Positions 48,517 through 57,958 of a stretch of DNA of 64,000 nucleotides are shown piece by piece. The notes under the pieces are model-generated. The model was not told the DNA's origin and searched no databases. It saw only the letters and a program-made list of their open reading frames with translations. The DNA is from an uncultured Lachnospiraceae bacterium (GTDB lineage: Bacteria > Bacillota > Clostridia > Lachnospirales > Lachnospiraceae). The position numbers and the translations under genes are program-made. Location: positions 4,477 through 68,476 of the forward strand of contig CAJUJL010000006.1 of assembly GCA_910586725.1 (NCBI GenBank), given 5' to 3'. Each line of letters begins with the position of its first letter. Within the stretch, counting starts at the first letter, position 1.

Positions 48517-48660
48517 GTATGTTGTCATTTGTTCATTTATGACGTATCTTCTGTATTTTTATGCATCCTTTGTACATAAAAAATCTTCTGTATTTCAGTT
48601 TCTTCTGTATTTCTTATTGTTTATCTTTTGATCCGGTTTGCCACTCAAGGGCTCACCTTA

Positions 48661-48840
48661 GGAAAAACCCAAAATGCCGTTTCCTGCAATTTTGAGTCCT
48701 AGCCAAAGCCAGGTGGGTAACCGCAGCCTCTCTTCTGCCTTCCGCTGCAAAACGACGGCCTGACATCCAATCGGCAATGTAGGAAACCCATAAAGAAAAT
48801 GTAGGTTCAAAATAACAGGGTATCGAACACCTCAGGAATT
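48661..48840 (-). ncRNA. ssrS: 6S RNA
   Basis: Minus strand CCTGAGGTGTTCG...TTTTGAACCTA...CCCACCTG...TAGGACTCAAAA...ACGGCATTTTGGG. The ends pair into a long rod with a central bubble, matching the Firmicute 6S pattern. ~180 nt behind a consensus promoter. Confidence 0.85.
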
Positions 48841-48847
48841 TAAATTA

Positions 48848-48876
48848 AGTATACCTTACTATTCCACATTTTTCAA
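48848..48876 (-). promoter_or_regulatory. sigma-A promoter of 6S RNA
   Basis: TTGAAA-17-TATACT on the minus strand. Confidence 0.75.
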
Positions 48877-48888
48877 TGCAAAATACAT

Positions 48889-48928
48889 AAAAAAATAAGG
48901 GAACCTGATACAAGATTCCCTTATTTTG
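48889..48928 (-). terminator. Terminator after pckA
   Basis: AAAATAAGGGAA...TTCCCTTATTTT inverted repeat with a T-tract on the minus strand. Confidence 0.75.
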
Positions 48929-49062
48929 TAATTCACGACAACAGAAAGCCCGAAAAATGGCTTTTCTATTGGTTTTTTACCAAAAATTTAACTTAATCTA
49001 AAGTATACGCAAACTTGAGAAAAGCGCACATGGCGTCTTCTGACGTTTACTTGAAGTTCAGA

Positions 49063-50775
49063 TTAAAGAGATGCGGCTTCATCTACAATTTTCTTTAATG
49101 CAGCAAGAGCTTCATCCGGAAGTTTATCGTAACCATCTTTCTTGGTTGCGAAATCTTCTACTGCTTTTACACGGTTCTCCATTGCATTTTTCAGAGCCGC
49201 CACATAATCTTTGTCCGTTAAGTCTGGTTTGAAATCGCCTGTTTTGCCTGACCAGTCATACATAATTTCAATATCTTCAAATGGTCCCCAGCCTTCAAAG
49301 GTTGCCTTTCCTTCTACAATCGTCTCTAAAATTCCAAGCGTATCTGCAGGTTTTACTTTTGCCCCCATAAAATCGCCGGTATTTACGATGTAGCAGTCTA
49401 CGTTCTTCTCTTCTACCAGCTTTTTAAACTTCTCATAGTCGTTTACAAGCGGATAAGTTCTGAATGGGTTTGCATAAGGAACGATACGAAGCGCATTTAA
49501 GTCTGTTCCGGCAGCCACACGCTCTGCGGTAGATGTCTTGGTAGCAAGCGTTGCGCCCATTACGGATGCCAGTGCGGATCCTTTTAATTTTACTACAGGC
49601 GGAATGCACGGATCTTTCATAATCCAGAAGATTGCGTTTACAGGAGCGTCAATCTTATCTACGCGGTTTGGTGACCACAGCTTGGATTTGATTGCGCGGC
49701 CGTTGCCGTTACGGATGTCTTCTGTTACAAGCTGAATCTTTCCTTCGGAATCTTGCGTCGCGGAACAGTTCTGTGCAGACAATAAATACTGATTGTCCGG
49801 GCAGCCCGTCGGGTAATCTGCCGTCTTATCAAAATAAGTAGGCTCTAACGCTACAGAAGAACAGGTGTCCGTATTGATGATAAATGCATCGTCATGCAGA
49901 ACGGTGATCGGATATTTTCCATCGTGTTTTGCATGTGTCAAAGTGGATTTTCCGGAACCGGAAAGACCGAATACGGATGCAACGTATTTGGAACCGTCTG
50001 GCAGAGTATATTCTTTCTGTCCGCCGTGGCAGGAAGCGTAGCCGTTTCTGTTTGCAATTGCCCATGCCATGGTCAACGTGCCTTTCTTATGCTCTCCGAA
50101 ATATCTCATACCAAGGATACATGCGCAGTTTTCTGCGGTATCAAAATAGCATAATGTTAAAGGATCGCTTAAGCAGCTAAAGTCAACGTCAGGTCTCTCC
50201 TGCGGAACCCACTGCGGATCGGAGAAGATATAAATATCCGGCTCTTTTCCGTCTCCGACTGCTTTGGAGTTTTTGTACATTTTTACATATTCATCAGACA
50301 TATACTGGAAGTTCAGCATCCAGTTGTACATGATATTTTCTTCACCTTCCGGAATCAGAAGATGCGCTTTTACCATAAATTCAGGATCCAGACCTACAAA
50401 CACTTCCGCATGGTATAACGTTTTCCAGCGTGACTCATAAATAGCGTCCATAGCCACTTTATCAAGCTTTGCTGCGTCTACGCCCGGCTCGCCTTTGATG
50501 CGGCGCGCAGCGGCATAGCGGCCTGTTACGGCTCCGTCATTAAATAAAAGAACTTTTGCGTCTTTGTCAAGTCCGAACTCTTCTCCTCTATATACAGGCA
50601 TATCCGTAACAATCGTTCCTGGTGAATTTTTTGCTAATTCATATGCCTCCCTTAATGTAGATACCTTTACTACATTGTTACCGTAAAAAGCACCCTCAAT
50701 GATGGAACGGGTTTTGGAAAAACCAACTTTTCCGGCGCCAATTTCTTCAATTGGATAATACGCTTTTGTTGCCAT
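49063..50775 (-). CDS. pckA: Phosphoenolpyruvate carboxykinase (ATP), divergent Firmicute type
   Basis: YFGEHKKG, P-loop [14 protein letters not shown] and NGNGRA motifs. Confidence 0.88.
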   Translation of the reverse strand: MATKAYYPIEEIGAGKVGFSKTRSIIEGAFYGNNVVKVSTLREAYELAKNSPGTIVTDMPVYRGEEFGLDKDAKVLLFNDGAVTGRYAAARRIKGEPGVDAAKLDKVAMDAIYESRWKTLYHAEVFVGLDPEFMVKAHLLIPEGEENIMYNWMLNFQYMSDEYVKMYKNSKAVGDGKEPDIYIFSDPQWVPQERPDVDFSCLSDPLTLCYFDTAENCACILGMRYFGEHKKGTLTMAWAIANRNGYASCHGGQKEYTLPDGSKYVASVFGLSGSGKSTLTHAKHDGKYPITVLHDDAFIINTDTCSSVALEPTYFDKTADYPTGCPDNQYLLSAQNCSATQDSEGKIQLVTEDIRNGNGRAIKSKLWSPNRVDKIDAPVNAIFWIMKDPCIPPVVKLKGSALASVMGATLATKTSTAERVAAGTDLNALRIVPYANPFRTYPLVNDYEKFKKLVEEKNVDCYIVNTGDFMGAKVKPADTLGILETIVEGKATFEGWGPFEDIEIMYDWSGKTGDFKPDLTDKDYVAALKNAMENRVKAVEDFATKKDGYDKLPDEALAALKKIVDEAASL

Positions 50776-50918
50776 GAAATTTTCCTCCTTAAACTAATCT
50801 ATATCCTCAAAATATACCACTTACAAATATACACTATGATATTTTTTTGTCAATGTTTTTTACAAAATTTTTATTTTTGATACGGCCAAATAACATGGCA
50901 TGCACAGGCTCTTTCCGT

Positions 50919-51317
50919 TCACTGCAAAGACTTCGGACCAAAAAGCTCTGGCAAAAGCTCCGCCAGCGTAAATATTTTATAATCCGTCAAAGACCTGGCA
51001 AGAATAATCTGAAATTTTTCCGCATCGCAAAATTCTGCCATCACCTGTCTGCACACGCCGCAGGGAGCCAGATAATCCTGCGCATCTCCCGCGATCGCGA
51101 TCGCCTTAAATTCCCGCACGCCTTCCGATACAGCTTTGAAAAACGCGGTTCGCTCCGCACAGTTTGTCGGAGAATACGCTGCGTTTTCAATATTGCATCC
51201 TCTGTAAATTGCGCCGTCAGAAGAAAGCAATGCGGCTCCCACATGAAAACCGGAATACGGAGCATAGGAATTTTCTTTTGCTTCGTATGCTTCCCGGATC
51301 AAATGATAAATATCCAT
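50919..51317 (-). CDS. cdd: Cytidine deaminase
   Basis: SYAPYSGFHVGAAL, GCNIENAAY, CAERTA and PCGVCRQ motifs. Confidence 0.96.
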   Translation of the reverse strand: MDIYHLIREAYEAKENSYAPYSGFHVGAALLSSDGAIYRGCNIENAAYSPTNCAERTAFFKAVSEGVREFKAIAIAGDAQDYLAPCGVCRQVMAEFCDAEKFQIILARSLTDYKIFTLAELLPELFGPKSLQ

Positions 51318-51332
51318 GCGCTCTCCTCCTTT

Positions 51333-51986
51333 CTACGATTTGCCTGTATGTGAAAGCAGCATGGAAATTGCGGAACTCGTTCCGATGCGGCTGCATCCGG
51401 CCCGGATATAATCTTCCATTTCTTCTTTCGTTTTAATTCCTCCCGCCGCTTTTATTTTCACGTTTTCTCCTATGTTTTCTTTCATCAGGCGGACATCCGC
51501 AAGCGACGCTCCCGCCGTTCCGAACCCGGTGGAAGTTTTGATGTAATCCGCGCCCGCGTTCGTAACCGCTTTACACATAGCAATCTTTTCTTCTTCCTCC
51601 AGATAACAGGTCTCAATAATTACTTTCAGAATATTATCTTTTACCGCTTCTTTCACCCGGGCAATTTCAGCTTCCGCTTTATCATATTCTTTATTTTTTA
51701 CGTTGCAGATATTAATGACCATATCAATTTCACAAGCTCCGTCCCGGACCGCCTGCAAAGCCTCCTCTATTTTTGATTCCGTAGAATTATATCCGAGCGG
51801 GAATCCGATTACCGTACATATATTTAACCCCTCAAACGTCTCATGCGCTCTTTTTACATAGCACCCCGGAATACAGACAGAGGCCATTCCATACTCCATG
51901 GCTTCCTGACAAAGCTTTTTGATTTCATCCCACGTTGTATATGGTTTTAATGCCGTATGGTCTACGTAAGCAAATAAATTCTGCAT
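51333..51986 (-). CDS. deoC: Deoxyribose-phosphate aldolase
   Basis: DHTALKP, VIGFPLG, EIDMVIN, KVIIET, KTSTGF and RIGTS motifs. Confidence 0.96.
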   Translation of the reverse strand: MQNLFAYVDHTALKPYTTWDEIKKLCQEAMEYGMASVCIPGCYVKRAHETFEGLNICTVIGFPLGYNSTESKIEEALQAVRDGACEIDMVINICNVKNKEYDKAEAEIARVKEAVKDNILKVIIETCYLEEEEKIAMCKAVTNAGADYIKTSTGFGTAGASLADVRLMKENIGENVKIKAAGGIKTKEEMEDYIRAGCSRIGTSSAISMLLSHTGKS

Positions 51987-52136
51987 TATATTTTCCTCCG
52001 TTTCATGGCTGCGCCGTTCTTTTCTTTACTCTACCAAATATCGCACCGCCATGCAATATTTGCCGTCCCATTTAAGTACAAAAAATATGAATAAAGTATA
52101 AATTTATTTAAATTTGTTTAAATTACTTATTTTTTC

Positions 52137-52166
52137 TTGTTTCATCATACCATTATATGGTATCAT
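52137..52166 (+). promoter_or_regulatory. gltA promoter with overlapping inverted repeat
   Basis: TTGTTT-18-TATCAT; ATACCAT-3-ATGGTAT at 52147-52163. Confidence 0.5.
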
Positions 52167-52194
52167 GTCTGAATAGATAGAAAGGAGGTCTTAT

Positions 52195-53559
52195 ATGCAG
52201 ACAAATTCATACAGTGAAATTACGCCTGAAATATTAAAACTATCCAAACTCTGTGAAGAGACCGCAACTATTCGTCCTGAATTATACTCAGAATATGACG
52301 TCAAAAGGGGTCTTCGTGATTTAAATGGAAAAGGTGTATTAGTCGGCCTGACTCAGATTTCTGACGTCTGTGCAACCAAAATGGAAAACGGACAGCCTGT
52401 TCCCACTGACGGCGACCTTTATTATCGGGGATACAATGTAAAAGATATTGTAAAGGGAATCAACGACAAAAACCATTTTGGATTCGAAGAAAGCGCCTAT
52501 CTGCTCCTATTTGGAAAACTCCCGTCAAAGCAGCAATTAGAGGAATTTACGTCTCTTTTAAGCGAATACCGGACATTACCCACAAGTTTCGTCAGAGATA
52601 TTATTATGAAAGCGCCCAGCAACGATATGATGAACACGCTTGCCCGGAGCGTTCTTACCCTATATTCCTATGATGAAAAAGCAGATGATATATCCATTCC
52701 TAACGTATTACGGCAATGTCTTCAGCTTATCAGCCTTTTTCCACTTTTATCTGTATACGGGTATCAGGCATACAAACATTATCATGACGGTGCCAGTCTA
52801 TTTATTCATCAGCCAAAACCGGAATATTCCACCTCAGAAAATATTCTTCATATTTTAAGGCCGGATTCCAAATTTTCTGCATTGGAAGCAAAATTACTGG
52901 ATATTGCCCTTATTTTGCATATGGAACACGGTGGTGGCAACAATTCCACATTTACAACGCATCTGGTGTCTTCTTCCGCAACGGATACATATTCTGTCAT
53001 TGCAGCGTCCTTAGGTTCCCTGAAAGGACCCAAACACGGCGGCGCGAATATCAAAGTTGTTAAAATGTTTGAAGATATGAAGGAAGAGCTAACGGACTGG
53101 ACGGATGAGGAAGAGGTCAGCCGTTATCTGCGCGCTCTATTAAATAAAGAAGCTTTTGACCATGCAGGTCTGATTTATGGTATGGGACATGCCGTATATT
53201 CTCTTTCTGACCCGCGTGCGGTTATTTTCCATTCCTTCGTCGAACGTCTTTCCAAAGAAAAAGGCAAGGACAAAGAATTTGCGCTCTACACGCTCGTGGA
53301 ACGCCTTGCCCCAAAAGTAATTGCGGAAGAACGCAAAATCTACAAAGGCGTCAGTCCCAACGTAGATTTTTACAGCGGATTTGCCTATTCCATGCTCAAT
53401 CTTCCGTTGGAGCTCTACACTCCGATTTTTGCTATCGCAAGAATTGCAGGATGGAGCGCGCATCGTTTGGAAGAGCTGTCATACAACGGCAAGATCATGC
53501 GTCCCGCTTATAAATATGTAGACAATCACAAGAAATATGTGCCTGTTGAAGAACGTTAA
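52195..53559 (+). CDS. gltA: Citrate synthase (citrate/2-methylcitrate synthase)
   Basis: LHMEHGGGNNSTF, GPKHGGAN, GMGHAVY, PNVDFYSG and ARIAGWSAH motifs. Confidence 0.93.
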   Translation: MQTNSYSEITPEILKLSKLCEETATIRPELYSEYDVKRGLRDLNGKGVLVGLTQISDVCATKMENGQPVPTDGDLYYRGYNVKDIVKGINDKNHFGFEESAYLLLFGKLPSKQQLEEFTSLLSEYRTLPTSFVRDIIMKAPSNDMMNTLARSVLTLYSYDEKADDISIPNVLRQCLQLISLFPLLSVYGYQAYKHYHDGASLFIHQPKPEYSTSENILHILRPDSKFSALEAKLLDIALILHMEHGGGNNSTFTTHLVSSSATDTYSVIAASLGSLKGPKHGGANIKVVKMFEDMKEELTDWTDEEEVSRYLRALLNKEAFDHAGLIYGMGHAVYSLSDPRAVIFHSFVERLSKEKGKDKEFALYTLVERLAPKVIAEERKIYKGVSPNVDFYSGFAYSMLNLPLELYTPIFAIARIAGWSAHRLEELSYNGKIMRPAYKYVDNHKKYVPVEER

Positions 53560-53594
53560 CAGGCAGATGCCAGTGGCTTTCTTAGCATAAAATT

Positions 53595-53648
53595 AAAAAT
53601 GTACACCAGATCCAGTGTCAACCGCATTTGATCTGATGTACATTTTTT
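53595..53648. terminator. Bidirectional terminator
   Basis: AAAAATGTACA.CAGATC...GATCTG.TGTACATTTTT between convergent genes. Confidence 0.8.
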
Positions 53649-54855
53649 ATTCGGAATGCCGTTTCACTGCCCATCCCATTCCCATCACCCACACAGCTGA
53701 CAGCGTAAGTCCCAGAACCGGCGCAGCCATAACAACTCCCGAAAACAAAAGCATCACTGCCGGAACCATATATTTTCTGGGATGATGCCACAAATCGCTC
53801 TCTATGTTCCACCCACGGATGGGATACACCCATTCTAAAAAAACGGAGCTGACCGCGCTTTGTATGGCAAAGAAAACTGCAAGAATAAGCATATAAGCCG
53901 TTACACCGCCCGCCTGAATCTGCAAACTGCAAAGAAAAACTGCATACGCGGCTATATTGCACAAAAAAATAAACAGAACGTACGGCACGCAAAACATCCT
54001 CTTTTGGCCGGGCAGATAACGCACCGCACACTCCAGATCCGGATCGCATGATAACAAAATACAAACAGGCGTATTCAAAGATAGCACAGCAAATCCGATC
54101 GGAACCGCAAACGCGCGCTCCATACTCCCCAAAAACGCCGGCAGCGCACAGGCCACACACCACATAACCGCCATATTCATCCAATAATTTTTATGCTCTT
54201 TCAGATACCGGAAGAAATAAATCCATATGGACGCATGTTCCCGATATTTCTTTATTTCACTCTTCCCGCTCTTCCAAACACAAAAAACATATCCATCCGC
54301 ACGCTGCAATGCCAGACATGCAGCGGCTCCGCTGACGAAAAGCATCGGCCAAAACCAAGGCCCGTCGCCTAAACAACAGATGCCGGCAAATAACGCGATA
54401 ATCCAGAGACCGTCTGCATACCAGTATTTTTTCAGAACACAGACCGCGGCAGCCACAAGAACCGCATTCCCAGCGCAGAGCGCGCTCCCCAGAACGACGA
54501 TTGGATTCCAATATGATACGGCAAACAAGACCGCCAGAAGCGCCGCCGTTTTTGTCAGACAGGTATAAAGGCCAAGGACAGCCACATATGAAAAAACAAA
54601 TCCGCGTCTTTCAAACGGAAGCATCACCATATTCTGCATATTGACAACGCTCTCTTTCGAAGAAAGAGCCCGCCACATAACGCCGGCGGTAGAAACCGAC
54701 ACCATAAGATACAGGACAGACGGCGCAATCCGTATCTTAAAATCCGCAAAAAACAGCCCGCCAAACACAATCAGGTCGATCAGAACCATCCGCAGATACC
54801 TTTCAAGGTTTTCGCCAAATATATTTTTTAAAAACGCTTTAAATACCATTTTCAT
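53647..54855 (-). CDS. Polytopic membrane protein, probable ABC exporter permease
   Basis: Many TM segments; C-terminal WNIESDLWHHPRKY; ATG 54855 after GGGAGG; overlaps the ABC ATPase. Confidence 0.75.
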   Translation of the reverse strand: MKMVFKAFLKNIFGENLERYLRMVLIDLIVFGGLFFADFKIRIAPSVLYLMVSVSTAGVMWRALSSKESVVNMQNMVMLPFERRGFVFSYVAVLGLYTCLTKTAALLAVLFAVSYWNPIVVLGSALCAGNAVLVAAAVCVLKKYWYADGLWIIALFAGICCLGDGPWFWPMLFVSGAAACLALQRADGYVFCVWKSGKSEIKKYREHASIWIYFFRYLKEHKNYWMNMAVMWCVACALPAFLGSMERAFAVPIGFAVLSLNTPVCILLSCDPDLECAVRYLPGQKRMFCVPYVLFIFLCNIAAYAVFLCSLQIQAGGVTAYMLILAVFFAIQSAVSSVFLEWVYPIRGWNIESDLWHHPRKYMVPAVMLLFSGVVMAAPVLGLTLSAVWVMGMGWAVKRHSE

Positions 54856-55546
54856 AACGCAACGCCTCCCGAATCTTAGCGGCATTTATCTGCCCGCCCG
54901 CAAATTCCTGCCGTATCCGTCCGTTTTCCAAAACAAATACACGGTCAGAAGTCAGCGTAATGCTTTCCAGAATATGTGAAGAAAACAGAACTGTTCCATA
55001 CTTTTTGTAATCGGCTATTTGTTCATACAGATATTCCGTACTTTCAAAATCAAGGCCGTTGACCGGTTCGTCCAAAAGAAGCAGCCTGGGTTTTAAGGCA
55101 AAAGCCGTAATCAAAAACGCCTTTTTTTTGCTGCCCGTCGAAAGGTCTTTCAACAAAACATTCGTGTATTCTTCAAAACGAAATCCTCTCACAAGCTCTG
55201 AAACATCCGGCAGCCTCTTTTGATAAGCTGAAAAAACATAAGAAATATATTCCCAAAACGTAAAATAAGAAAAGGAATGATCCTCGGCAAATACCGTATA
55301 ACGGCTTAGTTTAAAATCCAGGTCCCGAAATTTTACAGGGTGGTCGCCAAACTGGATACGTTCTGCGCAGAACGTAGGCAGCAGTCCGGATAACACTTTT
55401 AAAAACGTCGTTTTTCCGGCTCCGTTTAATCCAATCAAACCTGCCGTTTCATGTTCGTAAAGTTCAAGGGATAAGTCCGACAGCGTCCGTTCTCTTCTGT
55501 CATACCATGCGCATAAACGTTCTATTTGCAAAAGTGATTTTTCCAT
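54839..55546 (-). CDS. ABC transporter ATP-binding protein
   Basis: GLNGAGKTT, LSTGSKKK, LLLDEP and SSH motifs; ATG 55546 after GAGGAGG. Confidence 0.92.
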   Translation of the reverse strand: MEKSLLQIERLCAWYDRRERTLSDLSLELYEHETAGLIGLNGAGKTTFLKVLSGLLPTFCAERIQFGDHPVKFRDLDFKLSRYTVFAEDHSFSYFTFWEYISYVFSAYQKRLPDVSELVRGFRFEEYTNVLLKDLSTGSKKKAFLITAFALKPRLLLLDEPVNGLDFESTEYLYEQIADYKKYGTVLFSSHILESITLTSDRVFVLENGRIRQEFAGGQINAAKIREALRYENGI

Positions 55547-55547
55547 A

Positions 55548-55718
55548 TCACTCGCCTCCTCTGCCGCTTTTTTTCCATATATCATATGCTGAAAACAAAA
55601 ACACACCGCCCAATACAATATAAAAACCCATGATTTCCAATTTGCCCGACATGCCGCTGATTGCGGCAGCCGCAAGAAAAATCAAACCGATGATTCCACG
55701 AATCCATACATGACGCAT
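55548..55718 (-). CDS. 56-aa two-TM small membrane protein (not in ORF track)
   Basis: RBS TAGGAGGG then ATG 55718: MRHVWIRGIIGLIFLAAAAISGMSGKLEIMGFYIVLGGVFLFSAYDIWKKSGRGGE*. The stop is 1 nt before the ABC start. Confidence 0.8.
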   Translation of the reverse strand: MRHVWIRGIIGLIFLAAAAISGMSGKLEIMGFYIVLGGVFLFSAYDIWKKSGRGGE

Positions 55719-55760
55719 ACGCATTCCCTCCTAAAATTATTCTTTGTCTCCTGTGTCTTT

Positions 55761-55823
55761 ATCATAACCGAAAAAAATCCACCGTACGGAAATGTCCGCA
55801 AACGGCAGTTTTTTGACCGCGAA
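55761..55823 (-). promoter_or_regulatory. Promoter with a 21-bp-period direct repeat (LytTR box pair)
   Basis: -10 TATGAT at 55761-55766; TGTCCGCAAA (55793) and TGACCGCGAA (55814). Confidence 0.55.
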
Positions 55824-55857
55824 AAAGCTGCAAAACATATCCGCATGTCTTGCAGCT
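55822..55857 (-). terminator. Terminator after the histidine kinase gene
   Basis: Minus strand AGCTGCAAGACAT-6-ATGTTTTGCAGCT followed by TTTT. Confidence 0.75.
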
Positions 55858-55879
55858 GATGAATTCGCTGATTGATTTT

Positions 55880-57178
55880 CTATTCTATGGATATTCCCTG
55901 GTAAGATAAAGTTGCAACCGCCCGAAATACGCAGTCCGTATAAGAAGTCTGTACCATACCGTCATATTTTTCCGCAGCCGCGCGGGCGCTTTTTAACCCC
56001 CAGCCATGCAGTCCGTTCTTATCTTTTGATGTTTGCAGCGCGTTATCTTTTACAATTGGCATAACCGCAAAACTATTCTCCGTCTTAATCACCAGCATTT
56101 GGTTGATGCGGCGTATCGTAAGTCGGATAAACCGCTGATTGGGTTTCTGCACCTGTTTTGCCGCCTCCAAAGCGTTGTCCAGCAGGTTTCCTAAAATTGC
56201 GCACAGATCTGCGCTCCTTAAATTTGTATGACGCGGAAATTCCACTTCGACCTGATAGACGATTCCATATTCTTCCGCCGCCGCGGCTTTCCTGTTGATC
56301 AGATAATCTAACGTTTCATCACCGGTCCACACCATATCGGCCATCTTCTGCACCGGCGTCTGAAGTTCGTTAAGATACCGCATGGCTTCTTCTGTTTTTC
56401 CATGCAAAAGCATCTGATGCAGAATGCCGATATGATTGTGCAAATCATGAAACAGCTTTGCATTAGCAGCATATATTCTGTTTAAATTTGTATAATCACG
56501 TTCCAGCAGCTCTTCCTGTTCCGCTTTCAGCTTCGCCAGCTGTTTTTCCACTTCATACTGCCGGTTCATGTAAAATACCAAAACAGCCATCATCAAAACG
56601 ACCGACTGCACCGTCCACATACGCAGGGTATCGTCAGAAATTACAAGCGCCTTCTGCTCGGATAAAGTTACAACCGCAAAAAATCCGGCCAGGGCAATGA
56701 AAAAAGCAAAACGAAACGCTTCTTTCCCAGTGATCGTAATTGATTTTAAAAAACACCCTGCCAGGACTGCCAAAATAATATGCAAAAGCCATATCACCGT
56801 CTGCCCGCCGCCTGTTTTGGAATCCAGAAAAGAATGCGAATGAAACGCTGCGCCCAACCATGCCGCAATTAAAAACTGCCAGAACCAGACTGCAATTTCA
56901 TAAAAAATGCTGATAAACATGCTCATTCTGACGTCCGCTCCCTGCAAACGCCATGCACAGGCCACCGCCAGAACCATCTCCAGTATGATACGGTAAAGTT
57001 CCGGCATCCCCGCTGCATAAACGACGGCAGATATAAGAACCGAACCAAAAAGAACCGCAAAAACACTCTTGCCGCCCGGTTTTTTAACCGATAAAAATCG
57101 AAAAATAAAAATCAGACAAACGAAAACGCGCACGATTCCAGCCGCAAGACCGGAAAACCAAAACACCCAATCCGTCAT
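55880..57178 (-). CDS. GHKL sensor histidine kinase (AgrC/VirS-like)
   Basis: Multi-TM N-terminus; HDLHNH, LGNLLDNALEA and HGWGLKS motifs. Confidence 0.92.
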   Translation of the reverse strand: MTDWVFWFSGLAAGIVRVFVCLIFIFRFLSVKKPGGKSVFAVLFGSVLISAVVYAAGMPELYRIILEMVLAVACAWRLQGADVRMSMFISIFYEIAVWFWQFLIAAWLGAAFHSHSFLDSKTGGGQTVIWLLHIILAVLAGCFLKSITITGKEAFRFAFFIALAGFFAVVTLSEQKALVISDDTLRMWTVQSVVLMMAVLVFYMNRQYEVEKQLAKLKAEQEELLERDYTNLNRIYAANAKLFHDLHNHIGILHQMLLHGKTEEAMRYLNELQTPVQKMADMVWTGDETLDYLINRKAAAAEEYGIVYQVEVEFPRHTNLRSADLCAILGNLLDNALEAAKQVQKPNQRFIRLTIRRINQMLVIKTENSFAVMPIVKDNALQTSKDKNGLHGWGLKSARAAAEKYDGMVQTSYTDCVFRAVATLSYQGISIE

Positions 57179-57894
57179 ATATGCATCCCCCAGTAATGAT
57201 TCATCCGCTCTTTTACTTCCTGTAAATGCGCACGGCTTACCGGAAGGGATACGCCTGTTTTCAATACGGCCATGCCGTCTTTGATCTGCATGATATGTAT
57301 CATGTTCACAATGCAGCCCCGGTCAATATAGATAAATTCTTCCGCATTCAATTCTTCATACACCTGCTGTAAGCTTTTTCGCACTTTAGATGTGCCTCCC
57401 CGCGCAATGAAACTGGCATTTTTCCCATCCCGCTCAATATAGTAAATCTCACGGTAAGGAATTTTTTCAAACCGGCTGTTTGTCTGAATGGCATAAGCTT
57501 TTCCGGCTTCCAGTTCTATCAATTTGACTGCGTCCCGAATCGCAGGAGGAAGCCGTTTCTCTATATCGTTTTTCGGCACGTAACGAAATATGGACAATTC
57601 AAACGCGTCAATGGCATATTCCACATGCGACGTAATAAAAATAATTTTCACATCCGGCAGATACGGCTTGATTTTTTCCGCCATTTTCATACCCGTAGTC
57701 CCAGGCATTTCTATATCCAGCAAAATCAGATCAAAATAAAAACGATCTTCTATAATATCATAAAGCAGATTATCACCGGACGTATAGGATTCTATTTTCC
57801 CAACGCTTCCACATTCCGCCAGACATCGTCCGGCAATTTCCCTGTGGGCCAAAACAACTGCTCCATCGTCATCACAAACCGCTATATGCAGCAT
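57175..57894 (-). CDS. LytTR-family response regulator (AgrA/VirR-like)
   Basis: IAVCDDD, LLDIEMP, IIFITSH and FIYIDRGCIVN motifs; ATG 57894. Confidence 0.92.
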   Translation of the reverse strand: MLHIAVCDDDGAVVLAHREIAGRCLAECGSVGKIESYTSGDNLLYDIIEDRFYFDLILLDIEMPGTTGMKMAEKIKPYLPDVKIIFITSHVEYAIDAFELSIFRYVPKNDIEKRLPPAIRDAVKLIELEAGKAYAIQTNSRFEKIPYREIYYIERDGKNASFIARGGTSKVRKSLQQVYEELNAEEFIYIDRGCIVNMIHIMQIKDGMAVLKTGVSLPVSRAHLQEVKERMNHYWGMHI

Positions 57895-57958
57895 ACCATC
57901 ACCTTCCTGTGCCAAGTATACTACATTCCGTCTTAATTCTCAATGAAAAAAGCCCGCG

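Noticed and set aside
48347..48631. Plus-strand 94-aa ORF and the N-terminal extension of the SpoIID ORF to 48440
   Set aside because: Both are translations of the 45-bp (in-frame) repeats. A good RBS with a GTG start exists at 48320.
50847..50865. Rex operator upstream of pckA (TTGTCAA-N5-TTTACAA)
   Set aside because: The spacer is 5 nt rather than 4, and one arm is simply the TTGACA -35 of the promoter.
55548..55718. AgrD-type autoinducing peptide or bacteriocin precursor
   Set aside because: No Cys, no acidic C-terminal tail and no AgrB or peptidase nearby. It looks like a two-TM membrane protein.
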